From positions 1-17,474 of the forward strand of contig CAJINV010000050.1 of NCBI GenBank assembly GCA_905178155.1: DNA of 17,474 nucleotides, read 5' to 3'. Both the position numbers and the translations under genes were made by a program. Each line of letters begins with the position of its first letter. The stretch's first letter is position 1. This stretch comes from Amoebophrya sp. A120. Lineage: Eukaryota; Protista; Dinoflagellata. Of this stretch, positions 10,415-17,474 are shown in pieces. Below the pieces are notes generated by a model. It was not told the DNA's origin. It did not search any database and was given only the letters and a program-made list of their open reading frames with translations.

Positions 10415-10681
10415 GTATCAAATGCAAAAGTGTCTTGGTCTGGAAGAATGCAACTTGTGATGCTGCATTTGGATGTCTAGTAGAAAATTTGTGCTGCATG
10501 AGCAGCAAAAGCAATCTAATTTTCGCTATGCGGAGAGGGCATTTGTCATGCGGAATAGGCATCAAGAATCCATTAGAAAACCTGGGATGCTAGTGCACAC
10601 ATCACGGACATCATGGCGCATGTAAACCGTGCGTGACACGTCTCAGAATCTTCCAGACCCAGACACTTTTGCATTCGATAC
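10415..10681. mobile_element. fold-back insertion, subfamily A, 267 bp, GT...AC
   Basis: 33-bp TIR GTATCAAATGCAAAAGTGTCTTGGTCTGGAAGA vs rc GTATCGAATGCAAAAGTGTCTGGGTCTGGAAGA (31/33); exact GAT/GAT TSD. Confidence 0.95.
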
Positions 10682-10860
10682 GATGAGGCGCGCAACAAAA
10701 CCAAAAAGCTCTTTGACGAGTCCAAGAAAAAAATGTATGACGAGATCAAGAACGACTTGATTGAATTAGCGAAGCGGATTGAAGAAGGCGAAAAGATCGC
10801 GAAAGAAAAAGCAAAGAACGCCACCCAGCAGCTAATACAATTGGGCAACGAACTATTTCA

Positions 10861-11138
10861 CTATGATGCTCTCAAACGTTACACTGATTGTTGTTACTCA
10901 CCTGGTCGTTCTGTGATACAAGGTAGCAAAAGGGACAGGGCAAAGGCAGGGCGGATGCGGAACCTTAGACGTTTCGAATTACAGACCCGGCACAGATTTA
11001 TGTAAGTGCTATCCATCACTTTTTTCGAGAATTTGTTATGGGAAGTCGCTTGGTTATGTGGATGGTGATGTGGGTCGCGACATTTGTCGAAAAAATCATG
11101 TAACAGCAAAGAGTGTAACGCTTGAGAACTCCATATTA
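10861..11138. mobile_element. fold-back insertion, subfamily B, ~278 bp
   Basis: left CTATGATGCTCTCAAACGTTACACT vs rc right ATATGGAGTTCTCAAGCGTTACACT; TCA/TCA flanks with a 2-nt offset. Confidence 0.85.
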
Positions 11139-11630
11139 TCAGCTAGAACGCGGCCGGCTTGCGCTAGTCCTTGCTGCCTACGACGGAATCCGCAAGCAAC
11201 TTCGACTCTGTCTAGCAGGCGGCATGGTAGTCTTAACAAGCTGTGTAAGTCGAGGTTTTCGTTCTGATCAGTTTCAGTGCAGAGCGGTCTCGGAACAACG
11301 ATGACTGTTACTGTTTATCAGCTACACAGAAAATGACCTTCGTTTTGTAGTTTTTTCGGACAAAAAAGCATCGTCAAGAAAAACAAACACCTTCTACCAC
11401 AGGATCCTTTCTCGGAAGCACGACCGGCTACCGGTGTTGGCTGTCTTGGAGTCGAAACTTTGCTTCTTCCACTTCCATCGATTTCTTGAAGTACTTGGTC
11501 GTCCAGAACAAATCCAGGTCAGACGAGATTCCTGGTGAGGCTGCACTTCTACCCCATCTTTTACTTTTACATCATCGTGACCCGACAAGAAGACAACATT
11601 GTAAAAAATTAAATGAAACAGCAATCCCTG

Positions 11631-11907
11631 ATATCAATTGCAGATGTGTCTGGGTCTGGAAGATTGCAAGAGTTGTTATGCGTATTTGCATCAGCATGAC
11701 CCAACATGTAGTTATCTGTGAAGGTGCGTGGATGTTGCTCAAGCATCACAGATTTGGTGACAGCCTCCTGATGCCTATATCACGAGCAAAATGACCTCTC
11801 AGCGTAGCGAAAAGTGGACTCTCCCCGCTTCTCACGCAATACAGATTTTGCACAATCCAAAGGCTGCAGCTGCACCTTGCAGGCCCAGATATATTTGCAC
11901 TGTATAC
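11631..11907. mobile_element. fold-back insertion, subfamily A, 277 bp, AT...AC
   Basis: left ATATCAATTGCAGATGTGTCTGGGTCTG vs rc right GTATACAGTGCAAATATATCTGGGCCTG (20/28); flanks CTG/ATG. Confidence 0.8.
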
Positions 11908-12858
11908 ATGTGTATACTTGAGTTTAATTTTTGCCATGCAAAATGCGAGAACATCTACTTACATCAGCGACAAGAGACCACGGGCACCTTGAACGTAAAC
12001 ATCTTGTTTCTGAAAGCTGCGGACTTTTCTTAGTCTAACCGGACGATCACACCAACTGATTTTGCGATGGAAGCACTCCTGGTGCATCGGTCATAGAAGA
12101 TTCACACTTCACCCAGCACAACAAGTGCAGGTTTGCAGTTGATTTCCGCTCCCCGACCACGACCAGTACCAGATCTTCGTGTTCGCGTTTTGACAAGAAT
12201 AAACCTCATTTCGAGGATTTGTTGTCATTGTTGTTCTAATGGATCGATTCGGTTTTGCTTCCGTTTTATTCACCATTCTCTCCCTGGCAAAACAAGTGTC
12301 GCCTTTGATACGAAGCCCGCTCCTGCAGCATTTTCCACCCCGTCGGTAATGAATATGATCGGTGGAGGGCGAGGGCATTGCCTCACTCGGTTTCCCTACA
12401 GGGATTGACGCAGTGGTCGTTGTAAAGTACGACGAAAAATGTCGAAAAGTGCAGCGTATAAAAATATCATTCAATATCACATCTTAGATTGTGGTTGTGC
12501 CACTGCTCTTGCGGGACCGTCGACCTCTTGTAATTTCTCTGCAGCTCGTGCTCGGTCTCATGTCAACATAATAATACAGAAGTATTTTACTTCATTCGGG
12601 AACATCGGTTTCTGCCTTAATATCTTCGAATAGTCGTGAGATATTTCTTTCTTTCATGTCGTGTGGTGGGTCGTGTGTCTCTGTCTGTGTCGTAGCTTGT
12701 CTAGCGACTGCAGTGGAAGCGTCGCGATTACGCCTCTCATTTGTGGGCTCTCTGGGTGTGCTACCAAATTCTACAGCATCATCTATAGTGGAAAGAAAAG
12801 TTTTAAAGATATCTTCCAAATGATGCAGCAAATAGGCGCGTCGTCGTCCGAAGTATAT

Positions 12859-13126
12859 GTATACCATAGTATGATTTGCACCATGTTCATGTTGCTCTCA
12901 TGAAAAGAACAACAATTATATTCCACATCTCATTCTTGCGACTGACAATGAAAAAAAAAAAAAAACAGCTAGAAGTACGGCCATCCTGGTACTAATTTTT
13001 TTCCGAAGATTATATATGGTAGCCATAAAATGTTGCGCGCACGAGAGCTCAGAGCTCGTCTTTTTTCCTTTCCAGTCCTAGGTAGCGCACCGCAACTTAT
13101 TGGGAGGATTTAGCACTCTCGTATAT
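12859..13126. mobile_element. tentative fold-back insertion, 268 bp
   Basis: left GTATACCATAGT vs rc right ATATACGAGAGT; flanks TAT/TGT; removal gives RYLPNDAANRRVVVRSI|LSLLRFVVFAQRFFDRTTKNAG. Confidence 0.4.
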
Positions 13127-13279
13127 TGTCACTTTTACGCTTCGTAGTATTTGCACAGCGCTTCTTCGATAGAACAACAAAGAATGCCGGGTAACGCAAA
13201 CAGTGGAGCAAGGAAGAAAGAAAATCCAACTTTGTCCACCCAGCGTTGGCAAAAATGGAAACAGGAAGACGAAGAAAAA

Positions 13280-13532
13280 GTATGGCATTCTCGCACTTTA
13301 CGCTGACCATTGTTACGCGATTTGTCATGCCGAATAACGGGCACCCTGTACGCGATCCAGTAGCTTCTACTTGGTGCGCTAGATCGTTTTTTTTGAATCA
13401 GTGCCAAATCTGTAATGCACGAGGCGCAAGACCATGACCAGGACCCCACACCCTTCCCGTTTTTGAATTGCATTTCAGTACAAAATTATGCAAGAGCAAC
13501 CAGTGTAGGTGTAGTGTGGGAGAATGTCATAA
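13280..13532. mobile_element. fold-back insertion, subfamily B, 253 bp
   Basis: left GTATGGCATTCTCGCACTTTAC vs rc right TTATGACATTCTCCCACACTAC; AAA/AAA flanks; TTTGTCATGC at 13321. Confidence 0.85.
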
Positions 13533-13546
13533 AAAAAAGCAGAGAA

Positions 13547-13839
13547 ATATGGGAGTGTCAGGATTGAACTCGACAAAGTTGAAATAACTTGCAACGCCTA
13601 AAATCAATACCAGTCGGAAGCTCAATTTTTCAGCCGCGCATGACAAATTTGAGCAGCGTATAAATCCAGCTTGTCATGCTATTTCGGGACAGAATCAGAA
13701 GGCGTCTTTTATCATGCTCCCAAACAGGCTGACAGTCGGCCTCACTTGCCATCCCTGTAAGGGAGGCATTTCATGCCTTGCAATTTATGCATGACAAATT
13801 ATTTCAACTTTGTCGATTTCGGTCCTGACGCTTCAATCA
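13547..13839. mobile_element. fold-back insertion, 293 bp
   Basis: left ATATGGGAGTGTCAGGATTGAACTCGACAAAGTTGAAATAA vs rc right TGATTGAAGCGTCAGGACCGAAATCGACAAAGTTGAAATAA; flanks GAA/GCA. Confidence 0.9.
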
Positions 13840-13921
13840 GCAACAGTGGCAGGAGGACGAGCGAGCGTCCGAACAGACGATCATCGGACTCATGCGGATT
13901 TTTGTTGGTTTTTATCAATTC

Positions 13922-14206
13922 CTATGCAACAAGAAAAAAACTGTGTAGAAGGTTTACCCTTGTGTTGCGCTGACGATACAAACTAGTATACGCTTGTCAT
14001 GCTTGTTGACATGGATGATACCTAGCATCACGCATGCTTTTACTTTTACGCGCTACTTACGCATGAGAAGATTCTGTTGGCATCCATGCCTGGTTGTCTG
14101 GCGGAGAAGCATGACAACAAAAATTGTGAAGATTTCTGAGACAGATAATTGCCCATGCTGTGTTCTGCTCAAAGAGTTACGCCAACACAATTTTTTTCTT
14201 CAATAA
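13922..14206. mobile_element. fold-back insertion, 285 bp
   Basis: left CTATGCAACAAGAAAAAAACTGTGT vs rc right TTATTGAAGAAAAAAAATTGTGT; flanks TTC/TTG; motifs at 13996 and 14109. Confidence 0.6.
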
Positions 14207-14817
14207 TTGCGAAAGCTCCAAACCTAGCATTGGTACTCGGCGCTCCACCAGCCGTGGTCAGCATCACGGAAGCGGGTGCAGCCTCGTCAGCCTGAAGAAG
14301 CCACGCTCTGTATTACATCTCCTAGACACCGTCTTGATGGTGAATTTGATATGCCCCTGCACATTTCTCCAACAAACTCAAACAGAAGATTTCCTCGCTC
14401 CTAGAGAAAAATTCTGGGTCACGACCTTTGCATAATGAATGTACATCTCCCGACTTGCTAGGCATGTTTTGTCATTTGTGTATTGATAAGAACCTCGTCT
14501 GTTTCATTCTTTTTCTGGGAGTCTCGGTCCTGCTTTACAACCTGCTGTACAACGACAACAAGGGGTATCACATACAAACATGTCTGTGCTCTCTGGAGCA
14601 AAGCAAACTTGCAAATGGTACGCTGACAGGACAGAAACATTTTTCATGTGTCTGCGAAAACCTACAGGAACTTGTTCTGTCTTTTACCCAAGAAGGCTTT
14701 CCTTTCAAAATTGTCATGCTTAATACAGTCAGTCCGATACTACCATTGTGGTATCACGTTTCTGCGGATCCAGACATCTTCGCAATGCATAATGACGATG
14801 AAGTGGCCGAGGAGTGG

Positions 14818-15945
14818 GTATGACGGCGTCAACGTACCCAACAAGCATCGCACCCAAGGGGATAAAATTTTTTTTTTTCACAGTAAACGAATTAGATATA
14901 GTTAATTTCGCTACTTAAAGTGCATTAGTTTATTTCATGTGAATTAGCTATGTAAAAAAGACGGCTTTTACGGGTTGCCGGGTGCTAGATCGCCGATATC
15001 CAGCTCGACGGATTCACCGCGGAACCCTAGCAAAAAAACGAGGAAGTGCCCCATGGCGTGGCGTCTGTCTACTGCCCGCGCTTTCCATTGTGCGTGGCCT
15101 GTGGGAGGTTTGGCGCAGCTAGCCGCATCCAGGGGATAGCTGACGGCAAGCCGGCACGGTAAACACGCAAAGCCGCGCGCCCTGCTTATGAGAAAAGGCT
15201 GAGCAGCGTGCCATCGGTTGCCAGGGGGGGTTTCGCCAAAAAGCACCCGCAAGCCAAGTGCAACATGGTCCGCAGGCCGCGGCCTGCAGGGCCGCAGGCG
15301 CGAGGCGGGGGCGCGAGGGGGGTCCGCGGAAGGGGGTCCACGCAGGGCCTCCCGTAGGGCATATTTTTTCCCCTAGCCCCGATGCTGTGGTCGTTTTGTC
15401 CCTTGTCAAAAAGGGAGCATCTCGGAGGGGCATCGCGGACGGGGATCCCGCACTCTCGTGTTGTCCTGTGTGAGGTTAATCTGCCCAGGTAGGAACACAA
15501 CGAAGCCGGGGCAATTTGGATAGCCTCACAAAATGGCTCCCAAGCTCGGCGGAAAGTGGCAGCAAGGCGCAAACAAAACACAGAAAACGGCGGCAAGGTG
15601 CGACACGGCCGTCGCAACTACGTCGTCCTGCTGCCTCGCCACAGGAAGCTGGCCGCCGATCCTCTGCCCCGTGCGCCGCTTCGTGCACTATCTGCGCCAC
15701 GCCTTCGTGTGCAGTATCCCGGCGCCCCTGCGTGGAGACAACCGAGGCGAATCCGTGGAGCTGGATATCGGCGATCTGGCACCCGGCAACCCTTCGAAAA
15801 CGTCTTGTCTAGCTACTTAATCATCTACCCATTTCAATTAAGTACTTGATATAGGTATTTTACCGGCCAGTCCGGCACTAGTTGAAACTTTTTTTTTGAT
15901 CCTTTATGGGTGAGTTGCCTCTTGGGTACGTTGACGCCGTCATAG
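14818..15945 (+). mobile_element. fold-back insertion with GT...AG termini (best introner candidate), enlarged by a nested element
   Basis: left GTATGACGGCGTCAACGTACCCAACAAGCA vs rc right CTATGACGGCGTCAACGTACCCAAGAGGCA (23-bp perfect core); exact TGG/TGG TSD; phase-0 join HNDDEVAEEW|WDDAGYKANRAKSYQELMATIDR*. Confidence 0.95.
14972..15792. mobile_element. nested GC-rich non-autonomous TIR element (true ends may extend to 14919-15811)
   Basis: 51-bp inverted repeats 14972-15022 / 15742-15792 (GGGTTGCCGGGTGCTAGATCGCCGATATCCAGCTC..., 4 mismatches); sharp GC rise; no transposase ORF; GCTACTTAA direct repeat at 14910-14918 and 15812-15820. Confidence 0.85.
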
Positions 15946-16029
15946 TGGGACGACGCTGGTTATAAAGCCAACCGAGCGAAGTCATACCAGGAGTTGATGG
16001 CAACAATAGACCGCTAAACAGTCGTCGTG

Positions 16030-16760
16030 AGTTTTACTTTTACTTTGTCGTGGTTTTTTCACTTTTTTTCGCGTAATTCTTTTCAGGAAACTTTTCTTCT
16101 CATTGTCATTTACGAAGATCTGACACAGCTGAGCTTCGTCTACACGTTCCTTTTCTTCACATATCTTTCATTCCCGTGGGCGTCATATTCCGGCACTTCG
16201 AGTAATGAAGATGTCTTTTCAAAGAACAATATATTGATAAACAAAAACTACTAAAACACTATATCAAAGAGGAACAGTCGCCACACTATTTGTGTGTGGC
16301 CTTTTCTTCTTACCGAAGAGGGCCGTCGCCTTTTTTCCCTGCCTCGGACAATTGACTGAGAGAGTCGCTTCTTGTTTGAAAGGTCCTGCACCTGTCGATG
16401 TAGATTCTTGCAGCACCAGAGGGAAGTCGGTCTTGTCCTCTGTTATGGAAATCATTGAGTCACACGTGCTGTCGTTTGTTGGAGAGAAGGTCAATTTATT
16501 GTTGTTGCACGGAGCTCGTCGGTCATCTCTCCTCGTTCGGCAAGTGGTTTGCAACTTTACTCAATAGTGTGCGTGATACACTGATCAAAATTCTCGAGAA
16601 AAGCGGCCCGATTTGGAAACCGTGTCGCTATTGTCAAATCGCTTTTCGTTTGTCTCGAACCAATTCGGCGTTGCGCGCAGCCCTTCTCGTTGTGCTCGCT
16701 AAGGGTCGTGAACTTGTGACCTTGTCTGTCCCGTCTGAATTGTCACTCAAAACGACACTG
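16030..16760 (-). pseudogene. possible decayed minus-strand coding region
   Basis: K/R/S/T-rich frames (e.g. 16264-16554) broken by several stops; no recognisable domain. Confidence 0.25.
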
Positions 16761-17048
16761 TAAACAAGCATCAATCCAATGCTGTGGATGTTGGTGCTGC
16801 CGACGACGGACGGCGCATATGAAGTTAGTAGAGCTTAAGAGCGTACTACGGAGAGTGAGTGAGGGCGAGTGGAGCAAAGTTGGAAAATTGTTCTTGCTAC
16901 GACAATCGTTGTAGTAGTTACTTACTTAAATGTGTGATATGGTCAAGTGTCACAGCATAGAGCTTCTTGTACGTCGTCGCTCCGGCTAAGATTCCACACG
17001 AGGTTCTATTTGGATTACTACAGTTTTATTAATTACGATTGCAGAAAT

Positions 17049-17474
17049 ATGCGCGGTCGGACGAGACCCCGGAGGGCGCAGTGGGCCGCCCTAGCAACAT
17101 CACACGAGAGAATGACTGCGCAGTTGCAAGCTAGCAACAGCACAAATCCCCCCGCGGGGTTGGCGTCGACGAAAGAACAGCCGGCTAGTGGTAGAAACAG
17201 CACAAACCCGCCCGCGGAGTTGGCCCCGGCTAAGGAAGATGAAGCGGTATCCTGTGCAAAAGTATCATACTCGTAGTAATTGCAGTCATGCATTACAAAT
17301 CTCCTTTCCAAGGTAAAACAGCATGACAAATTTTATTTCTCATGCTGAGCAAATTTGTCATGCAATTTATACTAGTACGAATAGGATGCTTTTGCAATGC
17401 ATAAACGGCTGGTGGCAGCAACAGCACAAAGACAAACCCGCCCGCGGAGTTGGCCCCGGCTAAGGAAGATGAAG
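17049..17474 (+). CDS. partial low-complexity repeat protein, split by insertion 17247-17404, runs off the window
   Basis: MRGRTRPRR...ASNSTNPPAGLASTKEQPASGRNSTNPPAELAPAKEDEA|TAGGSNSTKTNPPAELAPAKEDE; acceptor-like TTGCAG ends at 17044. Confidence 0.55.
17136..17474 (+). repeat. ~60-bp coding tandem repeat (3 copies)
   Basis: AACAGCACAAA...CC(C/G)CCCGCGG(G/A)GTTGGC at 17136, 17196 and 17420; 34+ bp identical between copies 2 and 3. Confidence 0.9.
17247..17404. mobile_element. fold-back insertion (A-related), 158 bp
   Basis: left GTATCCTGTGCAAAAGTATCATACTCGTAGTA vs rc right TTATGCATTGCAAAAGCATCCTATTCGTACTA (24/32); flanks GCG/ACG; motifs at 17285, 17321, 17354. Confidence 0.85.

Larger units (their letters stand above)
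10220..11304 (+). pseudogene. split alpha-helical protein fragment (~179 aa); segments 10220-10414, 10682-10860, 11139-11304
   Basis: Stop-free after removing two insertions: ...WTAALDEYKTAWKEVLDKYMSGSLEPALD|DEARNKTKKLFDESKKKMYDEIKNDL...QLGNELFH|QLERGRLALVLAAYDGIRKQLRLCLAGG...; periodic ALDE/LFDE/MYDE motifs span the first junction. Confidence 0.65.
13184..14227 (+). pseudogene. split coding fragment with a 14-nt middle segment; segments 13184-13279, 13533-13546, 13840-13921, 14207-14227
   Basis: MPGNANSGARKKENPTLSTQRWQKWKQEDEEK|KKAEK|QQWQEDERASEQTIIGLMRIFVGFYQF|LRKLQT*; frame held across three insertions. Confidence 0.55.

Noticed and set aside
6778-11907. AT-AC ends (6778-7126, 11631-11907) as minor-spliceosome introns
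   Set aside because: The 5' ends ATATGCAT/ATATCAAT lack the ATATCCTT consensus; AT-AC follows simply from the TIR geometry.
14734-14772. PILPLWYHVSADP resembling a TIR-domain strand motif
   Set aside because: Too short, and no other TIR-domain motifs flank it.
14968-15849. Overlapping GC-rich ORFs, two sharing RGESVELDIGDLAPGNP
   Set aside because: Artefact of the inverted repeats and high GC; no transposase motifs.
1-17474. CRISPR array or prokaryotic defence operon
   Set aside because: No regularly spaced short direct repeats, no long uninterrupted ORFs or ribosome-binding-site pattern; the organisation is eukaryotic.

Overview
Eukaryotic nuclear DNA with no prokaryotic operon structure, and no rRNA, CRISPR array or recognisable named gene. 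My unverified impression is a compact plant genome such as a lycophyte. The main structure is not visible in the ORF track. At least 19 short fold-back insertions (plus 3 weaker candidates) occur, 158-358 bp long apart from one enlarged by a nested insert, together about 30% of the window. Their terminal inverted repeats (TIRs) differ in sequence but share one architecture: termini approximating N-TAT(G/C)...(G/C)ATA-N, a variable 3-bp target-site duplication (TSD), and usually internal GCATGAC/GTCATGC motifs. Most sit inside + strand reading frames, and removing them joins the ORF fragments into coherent proteins (1150-2407 coiled coil, 6406-7882 ~270 aa, 10220-11304 ~179 aa, 13184-14227, 17049-end). 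Three copies are exact GT...AG units on the coding strand, so this may be an Introner-like or non-canonical-intron system; the alternative is MITE-riddled pseudogenes. Also present are a GC-rich TIR element nested in one insertion (14972-15792), a ~150-bp tandem repeat with a tRNA B-box/T-arm (1-300), and a recurring TACTTAA boundary motif.
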